A DNA stretch of 63,812 nucleotides, filler included, from Reticulomyxa filosa (Eukaryota > Protista > Foraminifera): assembly GCA_000512085.1 (NCBI GenBank). It is 24 parts of 24 records of this genome, joined end to end, with 100 filler letters (N's around TTAATTAATTAA, not from the genome) between each part and the next. Parts side by side here need not be neighbours in the genome. Positions count along the whole stretch, not along the records: positions 26,096 to 29,130 come from ASPP01000447.1; positions 29,231 to 31,272 come from ASPP01023143.1; positions 31,373 to 33,006 come from ASPP01010692.1; positions 33,107 to 34,487 come from ASPP01036301.1; positions 34,588 to 36,019 come from ASPP01022682.1; positions 36,120 to 39,884 come from ASPP01015935.1; 18 more parts are not named here. One strand, given 5' to 3'. This document shows positions 26,260 through 39,055 of the stretch, one piece after another. The position numbers and the translations under genes were made by a program. Each line of letters begins with the position of its first letter. The stretch's first letter is position 1. The notes beneath the pieces were generated by a model. The model saw only the letters and a list, made by a program, of their open reading frames with translations. It did not search any database and had not been told where the DNA came from.

Positions 26260-26704
26260 AATACGAAAAAGCATGCTGATAAGTTGCAAAATATTTGAAC
26301 ATTCTTGTGATAAATGTCAATACCCATCATCAAGAAAAGTATGTTCCGGTGATTAATGAACTTCTCCTGCGAAAATAATTCTACAATTACAAGTTCATAC
26401 TCTACAGCTTTGTTTAAGAAAGGTATGTTCCAATTATGTGGTGATCCATTTGTGACATTTCACAAGAGTATCTGTATCCATAAAAAGGTACTCCAATAAC
26501 TAGTTTGCTTTGATCAACCCCAATCTCCAAATATCCATCCAAGCATCGCTTTGCCATATAATAAGGAGAATTGGCTCCAGCAATACATGATCCGAGCGGG
26601 TGTCATAATCCATTACGTACAACAAATCCGAGTTTGTCCTAGTGATACGTAATCATATTCTCTTCCATCAATATTGTAGTGCTCCATGCTACGCATACGC
26701 TGAT
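26260..26704 (-). pseudogene. GH18 di-N-acetylchitobiase (CTBS-like) pseudogene
   Basis: Read across frameshifts: ISVCVAWS.YNIDGREYDYVSL..SDLLYVMDYDTRS..CIAGANSPY...YLEIG.DQSKLVIGVPFYGYRYSC, collinear with CTBS VAWSP.NID.R.YNY..D.LFVMSYD..CIA.ANAP..KLVMGVPWYGY.Y.C. Confidence 0.85.
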
Positions 26705-27697
26705 CTACAAATGCATATACACAATCCAATATCTTTCACACGAATATAGAAACCATCCAACAAACAAGCAAATAAAAAAAAAATTAAAATATTCTATCAG
26801 TTCACTAACAATCTTGTTTCGGAGTGATGATCAAGGGAGATGAAAATGTTCTTTTTCTTGTCAAGCACGTTCAGCAAGTGAGAGCTGTGTCGTTTAGTGT
26901 TTTGGGCTTTTTTTACACAATTCTCAAAAAAGAAAAATCAATTAAAGTGCTTTTTTAGCAGACAGAAGTCGTTTGTTTTGATAAATTTCTTTGAAATATT
27001 TTTTGTTTTCTTCACATTTGAAAAACTAGCAAGCAACAACGGTAAAAGTTAATAAAAACGCTTCCAAAAAAATAAAATCCTTTTTTGAACGAAGTGTTAG
27101 TTGTTCACAATAAAAAGGGGGCAGTGCGGAGAAAGATTACAACATTATCAAACAAGCGCGATTTTTACTTTTATATTCATTTTATCTATTTGTGTGCTAC
27201 TTGCTTGGATGATTTCATTTTGGATACTTCAGAATGGCTCTTGGAGTAGTCTATTTTTCACCGAACGCAGAAAACAAACTTTATAACAAGTTTATTGTTT
27301 CAAATGCCCCGCAATATAACACTGTTTCTTTTTGAATGATATGTTAAAATATACTTTATTTGATAAAATAATTCATCTTCAGTATGTTTTCCCAAGTTTT
27401 TAAATAAGATCTTGTCCATGAGTCACATCCAAACATTTTTTGTACATAACTCGTCTTCTCCTTCTAAGTCTAAGGTTAACTGGATGTTTTCGTTAACTTC
27501 TTTTTTTAGGTACCGAGAACATTGTAAAAGTGTAGTTTTTTTAAGCTTTTTGTGTATTTCGTTTAGCTCGTTGTGAATATCTGTTTATGCAAGGTTGTAA
27601 ACAGTAATGTAAAAAATGGATTTTGAACAAATCTTTAAGTGCGGAGTAGGCACAACTACCAAAATGATAATAAAAAAATTATTTGCATATTTTTTTT

Positions 27698-28222
27698 TTA
27701 CTTGGTTTCGGGTGGTGTATTGAATTGATCAATTGGAATATTCAATTTAGAAAAGTAATAATCTAACTCTTTCTGTGTTTTTTCGCTCGAGGGTGCGCTA
27801 GGCATTTCTACGCCCACCCTGCGAGCAATGGCTTCCATTATGGAACGTTCAGTTTTTGGTGGTCTCAAACGGTTCATTTCTTTCAACATTCCCTATCATT
27901 GACAGATTTCATATGTACATTGAGCTCCCTATACATGCTGGTTTCTCTGTCTTACAAAACTTGGTTTTGATCAATTAAGTTACGTAATGTTATCCAATCA
28001 TCAATCCATTGTGTCTTATTCTGTGTCAATATGTTTATTTATCTTTTTCTCTGTACTGTTTTGATTTGACGAAATAATAGCTATAACTGCAGCTTCTGAT
28101 CGCATAGTTTCTTCCTTGAATCTGTTCTGCAAGCCCACAGAACATTGTGGCCTATGAAACGCTGCAACACTTGATTTTTGTAATAAAGAGCTGACTTTTT
28201 GAATTCTAAGACTCTTTGACAT
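27698..28222 (-). pseudogene. Disrupted gene, possibly encoding a mitochondrial-targeted protein
   Basis: Basic, Ser-rich N-terminus MSKSLRIQKVSSLLQKSS. The middle segment QNKTQWIDDWITLRNLIDQNQVL*DRE is in another frame and has a stop. The C-terminal segment ends PPETK*. Confidence 0.45.
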
Positions 28223-28943
28223 CTTTCCTCAAATAATTTTGAAAAATGACCTACTTGACAAGGGGGGAACGTCTATTCAAAAAAATTTCTGCGTTTCCTA
28301 GGTCACCCAAATTTTCAAGAAATTTCTCAGCGTTATTTATAGAAACTTAAGAAAAGTCTTTCACTTTTTTTGTCAGCCGCACAATGGTACGTAATGTTTA
28401 TTTTCTAGAATCTATTTTAGTTATAAAAAGACACTATAACTAAACTTTTTCGTTGACATGAAGTCAATATCTCAATTAAGTCTAGTAGAATAAATCCTAT
28501 TTGTTGTGACGAAATGTAAAGTCTGATCAAAGTTTAATTAAAAAAAAGTACGATTTGAAGGAAATGTAAACAAGAACTGTTATTACCTTGAAAAAAATAA
28601 ATTATGTGTGGATAAAATAAACAATGAAAAACTCAAAATATTAAAATAGCAAATATGCAAATGTTGTACCAACAAACATATTAAGATTTCTATTGTCTAC
28701 ATTTATGACAAAATAGGTAGAAAAAAATTGATTAATAATAGCAAGTTAGCTAAGGTTTGTCTATTGAATAAAGATATACTTACATTTGACAAAAATATTG
28801 CAATATGATAATAATTATCCTAATATTGTTAACGCATATATTTGCATAAATAACAATATAAAGCATCAATTAAATACTTTCTTAAATACGCACTGCATAA
28901 TGATTAAATATAGTCAAATTTTAATCAAATAACTCTAAAATTA

Positions 28944-29030
28944 TACAGTAAGATAAAAAAGAAAGTTGACACCTAAAATGCCACCTTATAGAGATGATTG
29001 TGTTTCTCCATGAAAAAACAACATTTAATC
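28944..29030 (+). mobile_element. Tc1-like terminal repeat (family A)
   Basis: TA|CAGTAAGATAAAAAAGAAAGTTGACACCTAAAATGCCACCTTATAGAGAT...CATGAAAAAACAACA aligns with 61712-61792. Confidence 0.7.
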
Positions 29031-29230
29031 AAAATTTTTTTTAAAAAAAATATCTACAAATCGTGTAGTTTTTAAATATCATTTTGGTTTTTTTATTAAG
29101 TCTTTACAATTTTTTCAAAAATTTTAATCTNNNNNNNNNNNNNNNNNNNNNNNNNNNNNNNNNNNNNNNNNNNNTTAATTAATTAANNNNNNNNNNNNNN
29201 NNNNNNNNNNNNNNNNNNNNNNNNNNNNNN

Positions 29231-29572
29231 AGTATTCGTTTATGGGATATTCGATCTGGTCAACAAATTCAAATCTTCAATCGACATACAAATACTGTGC
29301 ATGCTGTTGAATATTCACCATTTATAACAAAGAATAGTAATGGTAATTCAAATGTGATATGTTCTGGATCAGGTGATAATACAATTTGTTTTTGGGATAT
29401 TCGATCAAATAAGAATGAATTATATATGATTAAAGGAGATGAGAAAGAAGATGAAGGAATATTATGTCTTAAATTTATTGAATTGAAAAAGAAAAAGAAG
29501 ACAAATGATATTACACATGATTGGAATTTGTGTTATGGTTCAAATAAAGGTCCCATTCGTATTTGGGGATAA
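29231..29572 (+). CDS. WD40-repeat protein C-terminus (5' partial)
   Basis: SIRLWDIRSGQQIQIFNRHTNTVHAVEYSP..VICSGSGDNTICFWDIRS..LCYGSNKGPIRIWG*. Confidence 0.92.
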   Translation, partial: SIRLWDIRSGQQIQIFNRHTNTVHAVEYSPFITKNSNGNSNVICSGSGDNTICFWDIRSNKNELYMIKGDEKEDEGILCLKFIELKKKKKTNDITHDWNLCYGSNKGPIRIWG

Positions 29573-29989
29573 TTTACTTTTTGATCAAATAAGAAATGAA
29601 AGTATTTTTGTTTGAAAAGGTGATATTAACTTTGTTTGATTTAATTGAATGGAAGCATTGCAAAAATATGTTCTGTCTTACTTTGTTATTTTAAAAAAAT
29701 TTTAAAAAACTAGAATGAAACAGAACTTTTTTTCGACAATTGTACGTTTTCATTGAAAAAAATATCACTGCATTAAACAGAATTACATAATAACATAAAG
29801 GATCCAAAAAATTTATTTCAACTTGTTATGAAATGATCTTAAAAAAAAAAGGTAAAAGAAAATTTTATCCCACTTTTTTTTTTGGAGAAATTACATTTCT
29901 TACTTAGTTTAATTTTTATTTCTTCATTTGAAAATAAATAAATGCTACCTGTTTGATAACATAGTGACTTTCATAATTTTTTTTTTTAA

Positions 29990-30431
29990 GGAAATTATCA
30001 ATGTCAAAATACCAACTGATAATTCTATACAATTCCATTGCTTTGTATCAAATTCAGAAAATGAACAAGTACAAGAAATGATGAAAATAAATCAAAAAAA
30101 TAAACCAAATTATCAAATGCTGTTGCTTTGTAGAGAGACAGGATTATTAATTGAATATGATGAAGATAACAATAATTTTAAACTACCTGTTTGTGATAAT
30201 ATTACATCATTCTATCAATATGCATATGTGTGTATCAATGATGTTATCTTGTCCTTTGGTGGATATAATGATAATGTTGTTTCAAAATCAGTGCACAAGT
30301 ATTCAATTCGAGAAAGCAAATGGATGACATTTCAAAACACTTTACCCAGTTTATCACGTTTTATTATTGCAATATTGAGTGAAGAAGATAATCACATATA
30401 CATTATTGGAGGAATAGATATTTCACAGTGA
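29990..30431 (+). pseudogene. Kelch-type beta-propeller fragment (probably truncated)
   Basis: YAYVCINDVILSFGGYND..SKSVHKYSIRESKW..HIYIIGG, followed by an early stop. Confidence 0.65.
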
Positions 30432-30720
30432 TTTAAAGTAATTCAAATATATTTAATATTTTTGTACCAAACATGAACAGGATAACATATATATTTGGTT
30501 TGATTTATTTTGGGACAATAAACCTCATCTTAAAAAGTTAGTCTTGGCGTTTGATACAATGGATGAAGTACTCTTTTTAAAGTGAACATTATCAAATAGT
30601 TTGTCAAATAAACAAAAAAAACTAACAAAATATTTGAAATGAAATATCATTGGCTCAATCAATGAAAATAAATCAATGACAATAAACCCCTTTCCTAATG
30701 TCATCACATTCAACACATTT

Positions 30721-31272
30721 TCACTTCACTCTCAAACAATCTTCACCTGGAGGTACTGTTTCAAAAAGCAATTTAACATCTTCTTCATTTAGACATTGCA
30801 CAGCTGGATTATATTTGTCTTGTTCCAATCTTATTTTGATCTTCCACTTATTTAATTCATTTTCAATACTCTTCTTTTTTGGAGATTCATAATCTTCCTT
30901 CCATCCACTAAATCTTTCCCTTTTTGAAAATTGAGATTTTCCACACAATATTTTGATTGGACCATTTTTGAATTTTCTCTTCAATTCTTGTCTTTTAAAT
31001 ACCATCAAATAACGCAATATAAAACATGTTGAAGTGGTTGAAAAGTAATTAAAGTCCAACAATGTTTGTTTCTTGTTTAAAATATCTTGTGTCCAACAAC
31101 TTAATGAATGAATGTAAGTGGATTTTTGAGATAATATCCTTTCAACATCTTTCACTGATTTCATCCATGATTTCTTATTCAATAACACATACACTTCAAT
31201 CAGTTTATCGATGTCATTCAATGAAATGGAAGTAGGTTTAAATTTGATATCAGGATATAACTCATTGTGAAA
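30721..31272 (-). CDS. Probable PPR-Smr protein C-terminus (Smr-like domain; 5' partial)
   Basis: LLDFNYFS...IKILCGKSQFS...SIENEL....I.....NPA matches the Smr pattern LDxH...IITGxGxHS...NxG. Upstream IKFKPTSIS looks like the end of a PPR repeat. Confidence 0.6.
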   Translation of the reverse strand, partial: FHNELYPDIKFKPTSISLNDIDKLIEVYVLLNKKSWMKSVKDVERILSQKSTYIHSLSCWTQDILNKKQTLLDFNYFSTTSTCFILRYLMVFKRQELKRKFKNGPIKILCGKSQFSKRERFSGWKEDYESPKKKSIENELNKWKIKIRLEQDKYNPAVQCLNEEDVKLLFETVPPGEDCLRVK

Positions 31273-32308
31273 NNNNNNNNNNNNNNNNNNNNNNNNNNNN
31301 NNNNNNNNNNNNNNNNTTAATTAATTAANNNNNNNNNNNNNNNNNNNNNNNNNNNNNNNNNNNNNNNNNNNNTTAACTGCCAACAAGAAGTATATATTCC
31401 TTTTGTAGTATTGTAAGAAATAACTAAACTAAACTACGCAAAATGGGTATAAGTTTTTTTCTTGACATATACCTTTCTTTTTATTTCCTCATTACATTTT
31501 GGATAACTCCAGGTTTAAAAACAAACTTATAGCAAGACTAATTAACAGTTTAGATGTTATAATGTTTGAAGCTATTATTCACTAGAAACGTTTGTGCTTT
31601 TTTTTTGCATTAAATTATTTTTGTTTATTAGTTTCAAATATTTGCAATATATAAATCTGTTCAATTACATTGCATTGCTGTGAAGAAACACTTACTTAGG
31701 AGATTTACAAACAACAATTGCACAATTACACTAATGACAAAAACAGAACAATTCTTTGATAAACACTCAAAAATTTTATAATATTAAATTGACTAAAATG
31801 AATTGTAATTTGTGAATGAATTGACTTATTTGTTTTCATCATTTTGACTTTATTATAAAAAGCAGTTAAATAATCTAATAAAAGATAAAAGAAAGCTTGT
31901 TGAGTTTTTGGAAAGGAGACGTTCCGTTCGAACAGCGATCATTTTAAGGTAGAAGAAAGCATTTTTCACCTCCTTGCTGTTTCTCAAAGCTTTGGGGATT
32001 TCCTAAAAGTGTCTTTGTCACTGTATGCCCTTGACATGGAGTTCACACTACACACAGTACGCTGAAGAAATATTTTTTTCTTTACAAAAGAAATTAATTG
32101 AACCTTTTTTTCACAATGTATTTGACGAGCAAAAATCATTACTATATTCACACACACCATGCGCGGAGGATAAACAACGGAAAAAATATTTTAAAATTAA
32201 GAAAAAATGTGTTAAGTGTTCATTGAATTCATGAACAACCTTCAAACAAAAACTTTTATGCAAGTCAAATTCAACTAAGAATTTTTGTAGAATCATCGAA
32301 TAGCGCTC

Positions 32309-32450
32309 TTAGAACATCCTCCGCATAGCACAGACCTCAATCTAATCGAGCATCTGTGGCGAATTATAAAGATTAAGATTCACCAAAACCATGTGGTTAA
32401 ATCTTTGGAGCAGCTTTGGTGCAACAGTAAATGGAAAACACCAATCGAAC
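32309..32450 (+). mobile_element. Tc1/mariner transposase relic (third catalytic motif)
   Basis: LEHPPHSTDLNLIEHLWRIIK corresponds to the WPxxSPDLNPIEHLW motif. Confidence 0.8.
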
Positions 32451-32919
32451 ACATTCTATTTAGATGTAAGAAAACAAAAAACATTATAGATGATCAAGAT
32501 ACCGAAGATCAAAGTTTGAAATATACCACGATGGTTTATTAATTGGAAAATTAAAAAGAATATGTCGCTTACTATTAAATATATAAAAAAGAAAATAAAA
32601 GCAAATTTCCACCAAAAACAACACGCAAAATGTTTTGCAATAGACATTTTTGAGTTATTTTTTGACGATTCAATGAGCCAAAATAATCGTAACTTTAAAT
32701 TGTGAACATCAAATTGTTGTAATAAATTCTATCTGCAATAAATTGAATAATTTCCACTTCTTCATTTAATAATTTACGATCGATAAGAAATTGTTGAATT
32801 CTTTTTCCTCAATGTTTGAAAACTTTAATATTAAAAAACTTATCTTACCAAACAAAAAAGTTTGAAATGAATTACACTGACAAACACATAAGAAAGTAAA
32901 AATTACTGTGATGAGTTTA

Positions 32920-33006
32920 CAAAGGGATGAGAGTGGTCGAGAGAAGTGTGAAACTGCAAAGGACATACAAAGAGAATTGGAAAAAATTAAACATCATATC
33001 CATGTA
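32920..33006 (+). mobile_element. Tc1 transposase N-terminal (HTH) fragment, same family as 62813
   Basis: AAGTGTGAAACTGCAAAGGACATACAAAGAGAA is shared with about 62824-62856 (KCETAKDIQRELEK). Confidence 0.65.
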
Positions 33007-34649
33007 NNNNNNNNNNNNNNNNNNNNNNNNNNNNNNNNNNNNNNNNNNNNTTAATTAATTAANNNNNNNNNNNNNNNNNNNNNNNNNNNNNNNNNNNNNN
33101 NNNNNNATGGTTCTCCGGATTGAAAAAATAGACGATTGCGAATGGTGATATAAAGATCCATGCATCTAACAAAACAAAGTGAAAATGTTGTCCTCGCCAC
33201 GCAATCACTTTATTATAATCATCACCTTCAACGCATCCTTCCAATGTGCAAATGGTAAACAGATTTATCTGTACAAATACATTTAAAAACGACATCGGTT
33301 CGTTGAATGTTACTGTAAAGTTCTTTGAACAAATTCACGGACACAACCCGACGCGATGGCCGGAACATTTGGACGACTTTGTAAATAATATGTCGACTGA
33401 TTTATATGCGATAGAAGACATTTGTTAAATGAGTTTTTTGAAAAGTGTATAAAGACATCACAATCAAAATTATTCTTTTGCAATGGAATGCTGGAAGGCG
33501 TATAATAACTACATTCTTCTTTCATTGTCAATTTTTTGTTATTTATTTCATATTAGATACATCTTTTGAAAAGATCATAAAGTTTTGTATTCAGTGTTTA
33601 TTGAATTGTAAAATTCAATTCTCTTCTTTCGAATGTTAATGCAAATACAAAATCAATGATCATTCATGTTTATTTGAACTATGATTTTATCCAAATCAAA
33701 AATTGTTTTGCCTAGTTTGAAAAAGTCAATTTTCTTGATCTATTTTGGATAATAGACAATAACAAACATAAAAAAACCATTTTAGTGTGATGACACGTTA
33801 ACACAAACTTTTGAAGTCCATGGAAACAAGTTCTACTTCATGCATCTTTTTTTCCAAGACAAATAAAAGCTTTAAAAGACATTCTTTTGTTTAGTTAGTG
33901 GGTAGCAGTTATTAGGAATGCAAAATTTTAGAAAGCTTTAGTTTTTTTCGAAATCCCTTTTGTTGTTTTTAAAACTGGTACAACTCAAGAAAACTTACAT
34001 ATTTGAGAAATCATTTTTTCAAAAAATCCATATTTACAAGAGTATACAATCAAGCATACAGTACTACAAATGAATATTTTGTCATTATTTTTTTTCATTT
34101 AAAAAAAAAATGAAAAAAAACACTCCAGTTGTTTACCTAGTTTTTTTTTGGATTAGGTTTTTGGAGATGACGTGTTTTTTTTTGTTTTAAGAAGAGAAAA
34201 GTGACGTGAAAGTGTTTGGACTTAGTTTGGTAGCTCAAAGTTTGTTTCCCACACACACACGCTTGTTTCCTCAATTGCCTATTTTCTCGTTTACGCTGAC
34301 ATTCAATATCGTTGTCATCATACTATTATCAAACAAGACGAAAGTCAGTACATGGCTCATACAACAATTCAATCAATGAATGACAATAGACGCAACTCTG
34401 TTGTTCATTGAAGATATTATTTATGCAAATTTCTCAAAGAATTATGAATATGTAACGTTTCTTAAGTGCATTGAAATGCAGAAGAGANNNNNNNNNNNNN
34501 NNNNNNNNNNNNNNNNNNNNNNNNNNNNNNNTTAATTAATTAANNNNNNNNNNNNNNNNNNNNNNNNNNNNNNNNNNNNNNNNNNNNTGATGCTTTAGAT
34601 AGAACACAACAAATTAATTTGAATTGCTAAGAAAAAAAGACAACAATAA

Positions 34650-36019
34650 TAAATATTTAACTTCAATGACTTTGAGAAAATTTTGCTTTTAGCCCATTTT
34701 GATAGCACATGCATAGTCTTGATAAAAAAGAGTGCTGTTTCTCCAACAGATTTGTTGTGTCGATCATCTTCATCCACATTGTCTTTGTGTGAACATGGAC
34801 ACACACCTTGCTTTCCGTGATTTGTACATACTCCTTTGGTTGATACATTGTCATTGTTGTTTTTCTTTCATACAATCGATTGCCATTTGCCATATTGCTG
34901 CTATCGATCTACATTTTTTCTTTTTTTTTTCTTCTCTTCTTCCCTTCAAATTTAAAGCAAAACATTTCACATGACCACATTGTTTTGATGGAGATATATT
35001 ACAACAACTAAAGATATGACACAAACAACATACAATCACACTGACCTTCATCCGTTACTTCTGATTGATTTTCTTATTTTCTTGTCATTGTCCATGCTTT
35101 TTTTCGCATCCTATTGTTTTTGGATGTTGTACATGGGCAACATAAGTCCATTCTCTGTTTGGGTTTAAATGATGGCAGGATTGCATACCACAAGGAAATT
35201 TTTCTGCAGAATGTGCATCCACTCGAATATCTCCATCATTCCATATCGCCATTGCTAAAAGACAGTCATCAACCCGGGGTATACTGTGTCTTCTTGTCAC
35301 TGTCATTTCAACATTGGATTATTTTGTAGTAAATTTGCAAATCAATCTATACAATTTTAGACTTTCTCTTGGCACACATTGCAATTTCGAGTATGTGTGA
35401 CTGCACAGTTGCAATACATGCTGCTGTCAAGAGACATGGATTCACATTGCTTTCTGTCATCTTCAGTGTAACTGCCAAAGTCATTGTAACTTGTTGCTGA
35501 TACACCAATTGCCACTTTGTTGAAAGGGCTTGATTCCCGATTCATTAGTTTACTGGACGCCATCACACGCAATTGTATCCTCAAACAGTTTTCCAAGCGT
35601 TCCAACGACAACGATGACAACGATATCAACAAATTGGAAATCATATTGTAAAATAGGTTGGGTTGATCGCGTTCAATACTTTTCACTACACTATTCAAAT
35701 CTTGCAGAGTTCAATGCTTGCGCAATCAAAGATATATCACTTGTGGATACATTATACTGATATGGTTTGGACAAATTGTTTTCAATCTCTAAACCTTTCA
35801 CTTTGATCCATATTCCATTTTGGGAAAAACACCTTTTGGATTGCTGTGTTCTGTTATACAGCCATGACACATCAATTGCTTTTTTGGATAGATCACCAAT
35901 GACTGCAGCTACATCCGTTGCGCTTGTAAATAAACTCCAGTTGATATGTGAGTTTTGTGAGTTGCGTTGTCATAGCACATAGCCACATCATTGGTTTGAA
36001 TGAATAACCTGTGCTCATT
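34650..36019 (-). pseudogene. Degenerate coding sequence of unknown family
   Basis: Higher-GC, coding-like sequence broken into several short frames; no motif recognised. Confidence 0.3.
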
Positions 36020-36119
36020 NNNNNNNNNNNNNNNNNNNNNNNNNNNNNNNNNNNNNNNNNNNNTTAATTAATTAANNNNNNNNNNNNNNNNNNNNNNNNN
36101 NNNNNNNNNNNNNNNNNNN

Positions 36120-37532
36120 ATTATCATTATTATTATTATCACTCATTCTTCTCTTCTTTCTTCTTCTTTCCTTGCTTTTCATTTCCATTTGTCCATCACC
36201 ATTTTTATCACTGTCACCATCCTCTCTTGTTCGTATCGATACCTTCCAATTGTATCTCCCGCACGCAAGCGAGGCTTTTTCTTTCAGGTCCTTGCGCACG
36301 TGCGTACAAGTCCGCGCATGCGCTCGCATCGACCTCACTGCAGTGGAGACATTCGCATCAACATCGGAACTGCCGTTGGTACTGTGCGTCCCACAAACTG
36401 TCGCTCGTCGCTGTCGTTGTCGTCCTTGTTGTTGCGCATGTTTCGTCATGGAACAATAATCATATAGTAATGTATTGTCATATATGCCATTATTATTATT
36501 ATTGTTATTGTTTCGTTTGGATTTGTGAGAGTGATGTTTGCAGGATTGCAAGTAAGTCAAAGGATTATCGGCCATGACGCTGCCACGATGGCAGTGCAAT
36601 GGGTCGACGGACGACAAGCACAGGAAACCAGTGCGAATGTCCAAGATGCTGTTGATCGGCCAAAATTCCAAAATGGCGAAAATCACCAGTGCGTTGTACG
36701 CGTTAATGTAATACGCCATCCGATCGTACATTGTCGTAAACGCATGCGGGGTCGAATTTGGACCAAACACTGACAAACACGCAATGAATTCGTCCACTTT
36801 CTCTTTGTGTCGATACAACGCCTCAAAGTTCACTTTGCCATTGCATGGATCCACATAACGCCGCAAGATTTTTGACCAAATGTGATAATTGAACTTCTCT
36901 TTTGAAATATATACATATACATATATATATGTACACATATATATATATATATATATATGTATATCATATGTCCACATACGTGCATGTATGTACGTGCATA
37001 TTAGTAAGCACAATGGTATGCGGATATGCGATAGATATTTTGAAAAAAAAAAAAAAAAAAAAAAGAAAAATACAAAATAAATCAACACATCCTTCTTCTC
37101 TTGTCTCTTCTTTCCTTTGCTTTCATACCTTGGAGCTTGGAACGTGGGTATTTGGAACGCAAAACACGAATGCCAAAGATATATCGATAGCTAAGCGCAA
37201 CGACGCTTGCTATGATAGCTACTGTAATTAAGCACATTCGAAATATCTGTTTATTTCGTCCGTATGTGTATGTGTATGTGTATGTGTATGTATGTATGTG
37301 GTGTTTGCTCGCTGTGCAAAGGGAAGGCCAACACCACAAAACATAAACTATGACAAAATCTCTCAACTGCTTGTTGAGTGTAAAGAATGTCCAAAAACAG
37401 CATTGCCGAACAACCGCTTATCGCCTCAAAGCACACAACGTCCACTTGAAGATAGGCCGTGCTAGAAACATAACCAAACAAAATAGATCTTTTTGAAATA
37501 TTGTTGGATTTGGAATCTTTTGATTTTGTCAT
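36120..37532 (-). CDS. DUF547 domain protein with hydrophobic N-terminal exons (3' partial)
   Basis: HIWSKILRRYVD...GKVNFEAL....DRMAYYINAYNALVIFAIL..WPINSI is the DUF547 signature (AFWINxYNAL). Confidence 0.8.
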
Positions 37533-38304
37533 GTTTTTTTTTTCAAATCTTCCTTCATCAAGCAGATGACGGAACAAAAAAAAAAAAAAAACACGCGGTA
37601 AAAATTTTCTGTTCTCATTTTGCGCCTTTTAGAAAACAGGTGTGGGACAGTTTCTGGTTCTATTCTAATTGTCAGCCTTATTTTGTGGTGCAGCATTACA
37701 GGTGGATCCAGAGATCACACAATACAATCTCGAAAATACTGTATCGTACTAGCTGAATTAAATGTGTTTCAAACAATAATGCTTTGAGTTCAAAGACATA
37801 CTGAAAAATAAAAGTGGATACACTGATAAGTATAGACGCTGAAATACCGAAAGCATCTTATGAATGTAATCAATTTTCTCATGAAAAAACGGCACTTACT
37901 TAAACAATTAATATAAGTTGTCACGTTAGTGATTTCATTACAATCGCAAGTTCCCATCTTTTTTGAAAAGTTATTAAAAACTAGATTATTTGTAATAACA
38001 AAAAAAAAAAATTGTGAGAAAAATGGATATTCGAATCTTTGGGACATTCTTCCAAAAAAATACAACAACTTTAATTTTCTTGTAACTGCATGTCTTGTCC
38101 TTCTCGTATTTTATTAGCTGAAGTTTTAATTTATTCTTTTTTAATAATAATAAAAAAATAGCTAATGTATACATGTAGGTCATTGGTTTTCAATAATGCA
38201 AACCATTATAGTACATTTTGATTTGTCGTGAATTACAAATGAAACATAACATTGGATTCAAAAAGGGCCCTTCATATTATTCAGCTTTGTTCATTCATCG
38301 GCTA

Positions 38305-39055
38305 ATGTCTCAGAAACCAGAAGAGCTTCCGACACAACCATCTGCAGAGAGAAATAAAATTCCAATTTTTGAAGATGTGATCGAAGTACATTTCCCAAAG
38401 AAAGGAACAATTTTGGAAATTGGAACGAACACTGGTGTTTGAGTCTTTTGTATTTGATTTGATTAAAAGGATATACAAGAATATAACAGTGCTGATCACA
38501 ATAACAACAATAAGGTGAACATGTGGCCTACTTTGCACCAAGGACTCCAGAGTTAACATGGATTCCGAGTGACTACACAAAAGAGAATTTTTGGGTAGTG
38601 AATGAGAGGAGAAAGGCTACAAAAAGTGACAACATATCGGAGCCAAGAATACTGGATTTGCTGGACAAAGAAGAATGGGAATCATCTTATTATAGTGTGT
38701 CAGCCCAAGAAAAAGATAGCAGTGACACTGCAAAAAAAACAAAATTGATGGGATTTACGTCAGTAATGTCTTGCACATATCTCCATGGGAAACAACCAAT
38801 GCTCTAATGAGAGGTGCAAGCAAGATATTGCCAATCAATGGCAAGTTATGCATTTATGGACCATTTTTGTACGGTGACAAATCCGTACAGTCAAACATCG
38901 AGTTTAGTGAAAATTTACAAAAAAGAAATAAGTTATGGGCAGTCAGGGAAGCCAACGATGTCATTGCACAAGCTACTAAATATGGCTTGAAGCATGTTGC
39001 TACTGTTGACATGCCCAGAGATAACAAGACCCTTGTTTTTCTGCGTGAAAAATAA
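38305..39055 (+). CDS. DUF938 / METTL26-like SAM-dependent methyltransferase (one intron; frame break in the A-run at 38732-38739)
   Basis: PSAERNKIPI..ILEIGTNTG/EHVAYFA...WIPSD; IYVSNVLHISPW; LCIYGPF; SNIEF..LQKRN..W.VR; VDMPRDN..LVF. Confidence 0.88.
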
